64,000 nucleotides of DNA, taken from Clostridia bacterium. GTDB taxonomy: Bacteria > Bacillota > Clostridia > Oscillospirales > CAG-272. The first letter of the stretch is position 1, and every line of letters begins with the position of its first letter. Shown in pieces: positions 27,998 through 36,792 of this stretch. The notes below the pieces were generated by a model. It did no database searches and had not been told where the DNA came from. It saw only the letters and a list, made by a program, of their open reading frames with translations. Made by a program: the position numbers and the translations under genes. The stretch spans positions 7,257 to 71,256 of the forward strand of contig JAGBCA010000001.1 in assembly GCA_017938205.1 (NCBI GenBank), given 5' to 3'.

Positions 27998-28619
27998 TTT
28001 TTTCTCCCTCAAACTCTTCCATAGTTGCCGATGTCTCCGAGGATATTCCCTCTCTCTTAAACACCGCCTTGACGGTAGCAAAAAGAATCTTTATATCCCC
28101 GACGAAGGTCACATGATTTGCATAATGTACATCCAGTGCAAAGCGTGCCTCCCAAGAGATTGCATTACGGCCGCTCACCTGCGCAAGACCAGTCAGTCCG
28201 GGGCGCACATCATGACGATGCCGTTGCTCCTCTGTATAGCGCTCAAGATAGCGCACCAAGAGCGGCCTCGGTCCGACGATTGCCATATCTCCCTTCAGGA
28301 TGTTCCAAAGCTCGGGAAGCTCGTCCAGCGAGGTGGCGCGGAGGATGCGACCGTATTTATTCAAGCGCTCCGCATCCGGCAGAAGGTTGCCATCCTTGTC
28401 CTTTTTATTGCTCATCGTGCGGAATTTCACGAGCTTGAAGATCTTTTCCTTGCCGGTCTTTTTGTCAATTTTTCCGGGGCGAAGCTGCGTAAAAAACGGA
28501 TTTCCGCCCATGGCGATCGCGCCAACCACGATTAGGATCAAAAGAACGGGCGAAAGGACCAGAAGCGCAATAAGCGAAAGGAAAAAATCAAAAAATCGCT
28601 TGAAAAATTTTGCGTACAT
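27966..28619 (-). CDS. small monotopic phosphoglycosyl transferase (PglC/WcfS-like bacterial sugar transferase)
   Basis: The ORF spans 27966-28667. I trimmed the start to MYAKFFKRFFDFFLSLIALLVLSP (RBS GGAGG). The motifs LDELPELWNILKGDMAIVGPRP and RPGLTGLAQV are present. Confidence 0.85.
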   Translation of the reverse strand: MYAKFFKRFFDFFLSLIALLVLSPVLLILIVVGAIAMGGNPFFTQLRPGKIDKKTGKEKIFKLVKFRTMSNKKDKDGNLLPDAERLNKYGRILRATSLDELPELWNILKGDMAIVGPRPLLVRYLERYTEEQRHRHDVRPGLTGLAQVSGRNAISWEARFALDVHYANHVTFVGDIKILFATVKAVFKREGISSETSATMEEFEGEKNEIKHEDPVH

Positions 28620-28638
28620 ATGTAGACCTCCAATTATC

Positions 28639-29940
28639 TTACTCAAAACAACTCTTAATGACCTCAATGATCCGATCCTGCTCTTCGGGGGTCATCTTGT
28701 TATCGCTGGGGAGGCAGAGGCCGCGGTGGAAGATATCCATACCGACGTCGAGGGGCTTGCCGTCCTTGCCGAGCGCGCCGCCGGCGATGTAGGCGTTGGT
28801 TTTTGCGCGGCCGTCACCCTCGCGGGTGATAAACGCGTGGCCGCGGTAGAGCGGCTGCATATGCATGGGCTTCCAGATCGGGCGGCCCTCGGCGTTCAGC
28901 GCGGCGATCGCCTCAAGGATCTCCGTGGGGCAGGACTTGCCGTGCTCGGGGATATACAGCGCCTCGCTGTCTCCGCGCACCTGCTTGCACATTGCATCCG
29001 GATCTATGATCAGGCAGGAGAGCCAGTAGTTCGGCTCCTCTGCGGCGGCATCAAAGGGATTCATTTTGACAGGCAGGCCTGCAAGCCCTGCCTGATAGCG
29101 CTCGTAGATCGCCTTTTTCTGCGCGATATGCTCGGAAAGATACGGATACTGTCCGCGCACCACGCCTGCGATCACGTTGCTCATGCGGTAGTTATAGCCG
29201 ATCTCCTCGTGCTGATACCAGGGCGCGCTCTCACGGCTCTGCGTAGACCACTTGCGGGCCTTGTTTGCCACCTCAATATCGTTTGTCAGAAGACAGCCGC
29301 CCGAGGAGCCGGTGATGATCTTGTTTCCGTTGTAGCTGATGGCACTATAGTCGCCAAAGGAGCCGCAGGGGCGGCCGTTTCTCATTGCACCCATGGCCTC
29401 GGCCGCATCCTCAATGAGGAGCGCACCGTGCTTTTCGCAGATCCTCTTGATCTTTTCGATCGGGCCGGGGAAGCCGTACAGCTCCGCGCAAACGACGAGC
29501 TTCGTATCGGGATAGATCTCAAACGCCTTCTCGAGCGCCACGGGATCCATGTTCCAGGTATCCTCCGCCGTGTCGATAAACACGGGAATGCCGCCCTCGT
29601 ATACCACGGGATTTAAGGTTGCATCAAAGGTCATATCCGAGCAGAACACGGTCTTTCCCTCAAGCGCGCCGTGGCTGACGGCAGGCTTGCCGTAAAGCCT
29701 CTCGCCTGCGGCCTTCACGCAAAGGTGCAGGGCGGCCGTGCAGCAGGAAAGTCCAACTGCATACTTCATGCCGGCCTGCGCGGCGGCAAGGCGCTCCACC
29801 TCGTTGATGTTTGCGCCAACGGTGGACATCCAGTTGGTATCAAAGGCTTCCTTCATATAGACGAGCTCCTCGCCATGCATCGTGGGAGAAGCAAGATATA
29901 TCTTTTTTTCGAAGGGCTGAACCGTTTTCATTGCTTTCAT
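28639..29940 (-). CDS. DegT/DnrJ/EryC1-family sugar aminotransferase
   Basis: The ORF spans 28639-30048. I trimmed the start to MKAMKTVQPFEKKIYLASPTMHG. The motif ISYNGNKIITGSSGG is the PLP-lysine region. It is the first gene of the polysaccharide operon. Confidence 0.85.
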   Translation of the reverse strand: MKAMKTVQPFEKKIYLASPTMHGEELVYMKEAFDTNWMSTVGANINEVERLAAAQAGMKYAVGLSCCTAALHLCVKAAGERLYGKPAVSHGALEGKTVFCSDMTFDATLNPVVYEGGIPVFIDTAEDTWNMDPVALEKAFEIYPDTKLVVCAELYGFPGPIEKIKRICEKHGALLIEDAAEAMGAMRNGRPCGSFGDYSAISYNGNKIITGSSGGCLLTNDIEVANKARKWSTQSRESAPWYQHEEIGYNYRMSNVIAGVVRGQYPYLSEHIAQKKAIYERYQAGLAGLPVKMNPFDAAAEEPNYWLSCLIIDPDAMCKQVRGDSEALYIPEHGKSCPTEILEAIAALNAEGRPIWKPMHMQPLYRGHAFITREGDGRAKTNAYIAGGALGKDGKPLDVGMDIFHRGLCLPSDNKMTPEEQDRIIEVIKSCFE

Positions 29941-30038
29941 GATAACCTCCAAAAACGCGCGGCGCGGGTCAAAAAGCGACGGCGAATCGATCAGAATAAG
30001 GCACACGTCGCGCACGAGCGTGGCGTTAACCAAAGTAG

Positions 30039-30067
30039 AGTATATCATATATAAAATAATAAGTCAA
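30039..30067 (-). promoter_or_regulatory. putative sigma-A promoter of the polysaccharide operon
   Basis: On the minus strand, TTGACT (30062-30067) is followed by a 17-nt spacer and TATACT (30039-30044). It lies about 100 nt upstream of the aminotransferase start. Confidence 0.45.
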
Positions 30068-30246
30068 TAAAAATTAAATAAATTTGAAAGAAAAATGCCG
30101 CCAAAGATGTCAAATATTACGAAAGAAGAGAATTTTTTTGTAGAAAATGCGGAAAAACCGAAGGCTTTCGCAGAAACGAAAAAATCCGCCGTGAAAAAAA
30201 CAACGCGCGGTTGCTACTCGCTTTCGGACATCTACGCACGAGAGGC

Positions 30247-30275
30247 TTGTATTTGCCGCCCGTTTATGCTAAAAT
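30247..30275 (+). promoter_or_regulatory. putative sigma-A promoter (divergent, for the 30321 gene)
   Basis: TTGTAT (30247-30252) is followed by a 17-nt spacer containing a TG extension, then TAAAAT (30270-30275). Confidence 0.45.
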
Positions 30276-30320
30276 GGAGAAAAGCATGACCTTTCGTTGA
30301 TACACAGGAGGAAAAGCCCT

Positions 30321-32603
30321 ATGGCAGAACTGATCGATCACAACGGCAGACCCGCAATTTCGGTAAACGGCAAAATTTACCCGCCTATGATGGTAACCAT
30401 CCGCACGATGGAGGAGGGCAAGCGCATCCTTTTTGACGAGGAATACTTTAAAGCCCTCGGGGAAAGCGGCATCCGCATCTTCTTTCTGATCTGCGACACG
30501 CTCTGGCTGAAGCCCGATGCCGTGGATCTCTTCCGCACCGAGGCACAAATGCTTCTGAAGGCCGTGCCCGATGCGCTGATCATCCCCCGCATGGGACTGC
30601 ATCCCACCAACGAATGGATCGAGGCGCACCCCGAGGAATGCCTCAAATATTCGGACGGCGCGCAGCCTCCCGTACATCTTTTCTCGGAGTCCTACGAAAG
30701 AGATCTCCCGATGCACTATTCCCTCTGCTCCGACAAGTGGAGAGAGGATGCGGGCAAGGCGCTTTCCGAGACCTGGGCGGAGCTGATGAAGCTCCCCTAT
30801 GCCGATCGGATCATCGGTTGCTTTTTGGCCGCAGGCGGCACGAGCGAATGGTATTATATGTTTGAGGTGGTGGACGAGAAAAACAAGCGCGTGCTGGACC
30901 ACAGCGAGGCCTTCCGCCGCCATTTCTCCCGCTATCTGACCGAGCGCTACGGCACGGACGAGGCTCTGCAGAAAGCTTGGAAAGATCCTTCCGCAACCCT
31001 CGAAAATCCCCCGATCCCCGATTACGAGGCGCATTATTTTGCAAGCCGCGTGGATTACGACTGCGCCTTTCCGCCCATGCGGATGTATACCAACAAGCCC
31101 GTACCCCCGCCGCCCTCTAACGGAACGAGTCAAGGTGCCTTTGCAGATCTTGACTTGCATATGGAGGTCTACGATTTCTACCGCGCGTGGAGCCTCGGCT
31201 CGGCGGACTCAGTGCTTCATTTTGCCAAGGTGATCAAGGACATGACGCCGGACAAGCTCGTCGGCGCATTCTTCGGCTCACAGGGCTGCACCGAATATCT
31301 TTCGGCAGGCTCGGCGGCGGGCACCGTCAAGGTGCTACAGAGTCCTTATATCGACTTTTTAGCTGCTCCCGGCGTGTACGAAAACCGCCAGCCCGGCGGT
31401 CAGGAGGGACAGCGCGAGGTGCAGGACTCCTTTGCCCTGCACGGCAAGATGTATATCGTGGAGCAGGACACGCGCACCCTCAAGGAAAACCGCTATTTTA
31501 TGAACTGCGCCGAGATCTTCGATATGACCGACACGCTGAACGTGATGAAGCGCGAGTTTGGAAGAAACATTGCAGATGACGTGCAGGCTTGGTGGTTTGA
31601 TCAGCTCCTCGGACGGCCGAGATATAAGTATCCCGAGGTCTATAACCTCATAAAATGTCAACAAAAGATAGCAAAAGACGCATATTCTCTCGACAGAACG
31701 AAGAAAAACGAGATCGCTTTCATCTTCGACGAGGAGAGCATTTGTGCGGCATCCAGACAGACCTTCCGCGACGCCGTAGAGGATATGCGAAACTATGAGA
31801 TCCACCGCATCGGCGCCTCCGTGGATCAGTATTACCACAACGATCTCGATCTTGACACGATGCCCTCTTATAAGATGTACGTTTTCTTCAACACTTACGT
31901 TTTGACGAAAAAGGAGCGCGAGGCGATCAAGAGAAAGCTGAAAAAGGACGGTGCCGTGGCCGTATTCCTGCACGGCGCGGGCTTTATCGATCCCGATAGA
32001 GAGCCGCACAACAGCGTGAAAAACATGGAGGATCTGACAGGCTTTTCCTTTGGCTTGGAGGATCACTATTTTGACCCGAATTTCCGATGGAACGGTGAGC
32101 GCCACGAGATCTCCGAGAACCTTGACAAGCGCGAGATCTTCGGCAACTTCGCAAGAAGAAGGCACGAAATGCTGGCAGGCCGCCGCGTTAATGCATATTC
32201 GAAATTCCCACCCTATCTCTACCCAATGCTTTACGCAAAGGACGAGCGTGCCACGCACCTTGCCTATTTTCTGACCAGCGGCTACCCTGCCGTTTCGGTC
32301 AAGGAACTGGACGGATATACTTCGGTTTACTACAACTCCAAATCCATCTCAAGTGCCACCCTGCGCGCGCTTGCGCACTTTGCGGGCTGCCATATCTACA
32401 CCGAGAGCGACGAGGTTCTCTACGCAGGCAGAAACTATCTGACCTTCCACGCGGATCACACGGGCAAGAAAACGCTCCGCTTTCCGCACCCCGTTTCGGT
32501 TTTTGAGGTATACGAGGAAAAATTCTACGGCAAGGGTGTGACCGAGATCGAATTTGACGCCTATCTCGGCGAAACCAAAACCTTCCGAATGATAGAGGAA
32601 TAA
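30321..32603 (+). CDS. uncharacterised large glycoside-hydrolase-like protein (GH42-like TIM-barrel plus trimerisation-like domains)
   Basis: The ORF spans 30297-32603. I set the start at MAELIDHNG (RBS AGGAGGAAAA). It has an HPTNEW segment. FRRHFSRYLTERYGTDEALQKAW resembles the GH42 block FRRWL..KYG..LN.AW. The functional call is weak. Confidence 0.4.
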   Translation: MAELIDHNGRPAISVNGKIYPPMMVTIRTMEEGKRILFDEEYFKALGESGIRIFFLICDTLWLKPDAVDLFRTEAQMLLKAVPDALIIPRMGLHPTNEWIEAHPEECLKYSDGAQPPVHLFSESYERDLPMHYSLCSDKWREDAGKALSETWAELMKLPYADRIIGCFLAAGGTSEWYYMFEVVDEKNKRVLDHSEAFRRHFSRYLTERYGTDEALQKAWKDPSATLENPPIPDYEAHYFASRVDYDCAFPPMRMYTNKPVPPPPSNGTSQGAFADLDLHMEVYDFYRAWSLGSADSVLHFAKVIKDMTPDKLVGAFFGSQGCTEYLSAGSAAGTVKVLQSPYIDFLAAPGVYENRQPGGQEGQREVQDSFALHGKMYIVEQDTRTLKENRYFMNCAEIFDMTDTLNVMKREFGRNIADDVQAWWFDQLLGRPRYKYPEVYNLIKCQQKIAKDAYSLDRTKKNEIAFIFDEESICAASRQTFRDAVEDMRNYEIHRIGASVDQYYHNDLDLDTMPSYKMYVFFNTYVLTKKEREAIKRKLKKDGAVAVFLHGAGFIDPDREPHNSVKNMEDLTGFSFGLEDHYFDPNFRWNGERHEISENLDKREIFGNFARRRHEMLAGRRVNAYSKFPPYLYPMLYAKDERATHLAYFLTSGYPAVSVKELDGYTSVYYNSKSISSATLRALAHFAGCHIYTESDEVLYAGRNYLTFHADHTGKKTLRFPHPVSVFEVYEEKFYGKGVTEIEFDAYLGETKTFRMIEE

Positions 32604-32606
32604 GCT

Positions 32607-33773
32607 ATGACAGAGATCCGAAAATTAAAAAAAGAGGATATGAGCGAGCTTCTTGATCTCCTCAACGAAACCTTTGGGCATAAATACGGCCGCCCGATGT
32701 ACTTTGACAAGGAGCAGCCGAAAATGTGGATCGGAGACGATCTGCATATGGAGCGGCATATCGCCGTTTTTGAGGACGGAAAAATGGCAGCCGTTGTCGG
32801 CGTTTATCCCCTGCCAGCCGTGATCGGCGGCGAGGAATTTCTCTTCTTCACCACCGGCAACGTGGCAACCCACCCTGCCCACGAGGGCAAGGGATATTTC
32901 TCAAAACTCTTCCCCCTTGCGATAGAGGAGGCCAAGCGCAGAGGCGCCGTGGGCTGCCGCCTTGGCGGCGCTCGCCAAAGATACGCGCGCTACGGCTTTG
33001 AGCCCTGCGGCCCTGCCTACGAATTTTGCGTGACCGCGCATAACGCCAAGCACACGGGCGCGGATAAGGATATCACCTTAGAGGAAATTTCGCGCGAAGA
33101 TGAAAAAACACTGGCCTACTGCCACGCGCTGATGCAAAAAAAGACCTTCTACGTGCAAAGAAGCACGGAAGAGGGGTATCGCGATATGTATCTTGCGCTC
33201 TGCTCCAAAGAAGCGCTCCCCTATTTGATCAAGAGAAACGGCCGCCCCATCGGCTATCTTGCGGCGAAAGGCGGCTTTGCTTCGATTCTTGAATTTTCCT
33301 TGGAGAACGAAGAAGACGTTCTCGGCATTGCGACCGCCGCGGCAAAGCAAAACAGCGCAGGATTGACGCATATCCTCGTTCCACCGACGATGCCGCGCGC
33401 CATCTCCGTGCTTTTGCCCGAGGCGCAGGAGATATCCCTTGTGCATCCCTCTCGCTTCCATATTTTGGAGTACGCGCGTCTTGTTAACCGCCTTTTGGAG
33501 GTGAAAAAATCGCTCTGCCCTCTGCCCGAATGCGATTTCATTTTGCAGATCGAGGGCGGAGAAAAGCTGCATCTGCACGCGGGCAAGGACGGCACGTATT
33601 GCAAAGCGAGCACCGAAGCGCCCGATATGACTCTTTCGCATCTTGAAGCACAGCGCCTGCTCTTCGGCATAAGCGCAGACTATCTTCTCGCATCGCTCCC
33701 TGCAGAAAAGCAGCTTGCCCTAAAAGCGATTTTGCCCCTGCCCTTAACCTGGGCAACCAATGATTTTGTATAA
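32607..33773 (+). CDS. GNAT-family N-acetyltransferase, Eis-like (GNAT plus SCP2-like C-terminal domain)
   Basis: 388-aa ORF that starts 3 nt after the preceding gene. It has the GNAT core VATHPAHEGKGYFSKL and the ~390-aa Eis-like architecture. Confidence 0.65.
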   Translation: MTEIRKLKKEDMSELLDLLNETFGHKYGRPMYFDKEQPKMWIGDDLHMERHIAVFEDGKMAAVVGVYPLPAVIGGEEFLFFTTGNVATHPAHEGKGYFSKLFPLAIEEAKRRGAVGCRLGGARQRYARYGFEPCGPAYEFCVTAHNAKHTGADKDITLEEISREDEKTLAYCHALMQKKTFYVQRSTEEGYRDMYLALCSKEALPYLIKRNGRPIGYLAAKGGFASILEFSLENEEDVLGIATAAAKQNSAGLTHILVPPTMPRAISVLLPEAQEISLVHPSRFHILEYARLVNRLLEVKKSLCPLPECDFILQIEGGEKLHLHAGKDGTYCKASTEAPDMTLSHLEAQRLLFGISADYLLASLPAEKQLALKAILPLPLTWATNDFV

Positions 33774-33794
33774 ACGATTTCTTTATATATAAAA

Positions 33795-33836
33795 AGAACG
33801 GACGGAAATGCATTTGCATCTTCGTCCGCTTTTTTA
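33795..33836. terminator. bidirectional intrinsic terminator
   Basis: The hairpin acggacgg...cgtccgc is followed by tttttt and preceded by aaaaa. It lies between the convergent GNAT and PPIase genes. Confidence 0.55.
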
Positions 33837-33846
33837 TTCTGTTGGT

Positions 33847-34476
33847 TTATTTAGAGCCGTCTGCCAGAACGATCATGTATTTGATCACGGGGGGCTTTCT
33901 GACAATGCCGCCCGCGGCATCCTCATAGGTATTATACTGCGCGTCCGCAACGATCGCATCCACAACCTCCATGCCCTTCACAACGTGGCCGAAGGCGGCG
34001 TACTGACCGTCCAAGGAATAGGTATTGTTCAGCGACGTCTGATGCACGATAAAGAACTGGCAGGAGCCACTGTCATAACTGTCACCTCTGCGCGCCATGG
34101 AGATCACGCCGCGCTCGTGCTTGATGGGGTTATCGACACCGTTATAGGAAAATTCTCCCTTGATCGGCGTAGTACCGCCCTTGCCGTTGCCCTCGGGGTC
34201 GCCGCCCTGGATCATGAAGCCCTCGATGATGCGGTGGAAGGTGAGCCGATCGTAAAACCCGTCCTCCACGAGAGATACAAAGTTTTCTACCGTGATAGGA
34301 GCCGCCGAGCGGTCAAGGCACAGATCGATCTCTCCGTAGCCCTTGACCTCCATACGAACGTACACCTCATTCTCCTTCGGCGTATAGTCATGCTCTGTGT
34401 TTTTGCAGGAGGTCAGAGAGAAAAGCGATGTGCAAAGAAGCACGATCGCAAGAAGCATAGAAAGCGACTTTTTCAT
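33847..34476 (-). CDS. cyclophilin-type peptidyl-prolyl isomerase, lipoprotein
   Basis: 209-aa ORF with the lipobox LFSLTSC and the cyclophilin motifs FHRIIEGFMIQGGDP and SMARRGD. Confidence 0.88.
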   Translation of the reverse strand: MKKSLSMLLAIVLLCTSLFSLTSCKNTEHDYTPKENEVYVRMEVKGYGEIDLCLDRSAAPITVENFVSLVEDGFYDRLTFHRIIEGFMIQGGDPEGNGKGGTTPIKGEFSYNGVDNPIKHERGVISMARRGDSYDSGSCQFFIVHQTSLNNTYSLDGQYAAFGHVVKGMEVVDAIVADAQYNTYEDAAGGIVRKPPVIKYMIVLADGSK

Positions 34477-34512
34477 AAATTATACATCCTTTTTGTCAAT
34501 ATTTGTTTGCAT

Positions 34513-35538
34513 TTATAGATTTTGCATCAAAAACAATTCAATTGCGGCATAGCCGCCGTGGCCTCCGTTTTTGGAAGCAACGTCGATCTCGGAAAGCAGA
34601 GAAACGCTCTGCGCAAGCCGTGCGGGGCCGATGGTCTTCACCGCCTTCACCATATGCTTTAAGCGGAAAGGATTGATCTTCAGCACAGCCTCCATATCCT
34701 TCGCATCTCTTCCCTCCTCTGCAAGGATCGCCACGGGCAAGAGCTCCTGATAGATGCGGGAAAGTGCGCCGAGCGCCACCGCGCTGTCCACCCTCTCCGC
34801 CTTCATTTCCCGAAGGGCGTCCAAGGCAAGCGTGCGGTTACCCTCGTACACGGCGTTGGAGAGCGCAAAGGCATCCGAGCGCACCGTAGTGGCGGCAACT
34901 GTCTGCACGTCCTCCACCGTAAGCTCCTCGCGGCCGTTCTGATGCAGATACGCCGCAAGCTTCTCCACCTCGTTTGCCAGCACCTCCATAGAAGTGCCCG
35001 TGCGCAAAAGAAGCTCGCGCAGAGGCGAAGCCGTCACGGCAATGCCCTCGGCATCAAAATGCTTTTTGAGCCAGGCGAGAAGGGCGTTTTCCGTGGAAAA
35101 CGCGAAATTGACGATGCAAAGCTCCTTCCCGTATTTTGAAACGAGCTTGCCGGGGCGCTTTTGCGTTCCCATCTCGAAGCCCTCCGCCGTGGTAACGAAA
35201 ACGAGGGCTGTATAAGGATGATCCTTTTTTAAGTCAAGAAGCTCGGAAAGCGCCGCGCGGTCTCTTTCGCGCATTTTTTCAAAATCGGCATACCGCCATT
35301 CCACAAGCTTGTATTCCGCCATCATGGGCGGCGCCTTGATGGCATCCGCAAGCGCACCGAAATCCACCTCCGGCCCGTCAAACACCACGTGGTTGAAGGG
35401 AGCAAAGGTCTCGTCCGTCAAGATCAGGGCGCGCAGCTGCGCAAGATAATAACGCTTGAGGTATTCCTCCTCGCCCCCGAACACGTAAAAGTCCACCGGG
35501 GCAGTATTCAGTTTTTCTCTGAGTCCCGATGCGTCCAT
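34513..35538 (-). CDS. holA: DNA polymerase III delta subunit
   Basis: 341-aa ORF. Its N-terminus FYVFGGEEEYLKRYYLAQL, its length and its helical C-domain are typical of HolA. Confidence 0.75.
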   Translation of the reverse strand: MDASGLREKLNTAPVDFYVFGGEEEYLKRYYLAQLRALILTDETFAPFNHVVFDGPEVDFGALADAIKAPPMMAEYKLVEWRYADFEKMRERDRAALSELLDLKKDHPYTALVFVTTAEGFEMGTQKRPGKLVSKYGKELCIVNFAFSTENALLAWLKKHFDAEGIAVTASPLRELLLRTGTSMEVLANEVEKLAAYLHQNGREELTVEDVQTVAATTVRSDAFALSNAVYEGNRTLALDALREMKAERVDSAVALGALSRIYQELLPVAILAEEGRDAKDMEAVLKINPFRLKHMVKAVKTIGPARLAQSVSLLSEIDVASKNGGHGGYAAIELFLMQNL

Positions 35539-35588
35539 TGTTCCTCCTTCATACTCCTTGCTCGCGCCAACGCAGAGCGTTGTATATA

Positions 35589-36026
35589 TTACTTATTCGG
35601 CTCAAAATCCACGGTGAGGCGCACCTTCCGTGCCTGCCCGCCGACCGTCATCAGATAAAAAAGATCGAGGCGACCGCCCTTCAGGCTCATGCCGTTACGA
35701 ATGCGCTTGGCCTCCACCTCCATATCAAAGGAATACGGCGGCACCTTGTATATAGAGGCGTGCTTTTTTCCCACCTCGAGAACGATCGAGCTCTCATTTG
35801 CGCCCCTGCGATTCACGGTGACCGTCTCGCCGCGCACCGCGATCTGAGAAAAGACCTTTGCTTCTCCCTCTCCCTCGGTATATGTAAGGAGCATTTCATC
35901 CTCGGCGGCGCGAAGGAAACCAACGCTCTCGCTTTTGATCTCCTCGGCATCCGTTGCTAAGCCGCTCTCGTCCAGATCCTCGATGCGCGAGCGCACGAGA
36001 AATCTTCCTTCTTTAATAAATGCCAT
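35589..36026 (-). CDS. DUF1934-family beta-barrel protein (YwiB-like)
   Basis: 145-aa ORF. The pattern LLTYTEGEG...VTVNRRG...YKVPPYSFDMEV...GGRLDLFYLM fits DUF1934. Confidence 0.55.
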   Translation of the reverse strand: MAFIKEGRFLVRSRIEDLDESGLATDAEEIKSESVGFLRAAEDEMLLTYTEGEGEAKVFSQIAVRGETVTVNRRGANESSIVLEVGKKHASIYKVPPYSFDMEVEAKRIRNGMSLKGGRLDLFYLMTVGGQARKVRLTVDFEPNK

Positions 36027-36114
36027 CGTCCCTCCAAAATAGAGCGAGGCAGGTGCAAGACAAAAAGGCTATCGCGCACCTGCCGCTGTATTCACTCTGC
36101 TTCTGCGCAAGCGA

Positions 36115-36549
36115 TTATCGCTTTGCGCGTTTTTTCATATTATATTCACTGCGGGGGTTGATAAACTCGCGCCAATCGAGCTGCCCCTTATCCAAGGCCA
36201 TAACCAGAACCTCAGCGGTGGCAATATTCGTGGCAACAGGGATATTATACACGTCACAAAGCCTGAGAATGTTTGCATCCGATTCAAACATCGGCTTATC
36301 GGAATCCGTGCCGCGGAAATAAAACAGCATATCGATCTCATTATAAGAAACGCGCGCGGAGATCTGTTCCGTGCCGCCCTGCGGACCGGGCAGAAAGGTC
36401 TCGATCTCAAGGCCGGTTGCGTCCTCAATATATTTACCCGTTGTATGCGTTGCGCAAAGATGATGTCGGCTCAGGATCCCACAATACGCTATACAAAACT
36501 GCGCCATCAATTCCTTCTTGTTGTCATCTGCTATAATTGCAATTTCCAA
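36115..36549 (-). CDS. methylglyoxal-synthase-like (MGS fold) protein with substituted catalytic residues
   Basis: 144-aa ORF that is colinear with MgsA. It reads IAIIADDNKK where MgsA has ALVAHDHCK, ATHTTG for ATGTTG, GGTEQ for GGDQQ, and PMFESD for PHDPD. Confidence 0.7.
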   Translation of the reverse strand: MEIAIIADDNKKELMAQFCIAYCGILSRHHLCATHTTGKYIEDATGLEIETFLPGPQGGTEQISARVSYNEIDMLFYFRGTDSDKPMFESDANILRLCDVYNIPVATNIATAEVLVMALDKGQLDWREFINPRSEYNMKKRAKR

Positions 36550-36695
36550 TCCACATCTCCTCCTTTGCGTGGTTCTATGATAATATACGGTACTACAAGA
36601 AGCATTTTACCATAAATCGCTTGTCTTGTCAATCATCTGGGCGCGATTTTTACATGTTTCACACATATTTTTGTTGATTTTTTTGCAATTTCCCA

Positions 36696-36724
36696 TTGTA
36701 TTTTGTAACGAAGTGTTGTATAAT
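36696..36724 (+). promoter_or_regulatory. putative sigma-A promoter of pfkA
   Basis: TTGTAT (36696-36701) is followed by a 17-nt spacer ending in TG, then TATAAT (36719-36724). Confidence 0.5.
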
Positions 36725-36792
36725 AGACTTTACACGAAAGTGCCAACACAAATAGGTAAATTAAAAATTATATATAAGAAGGATGTGCAAAA

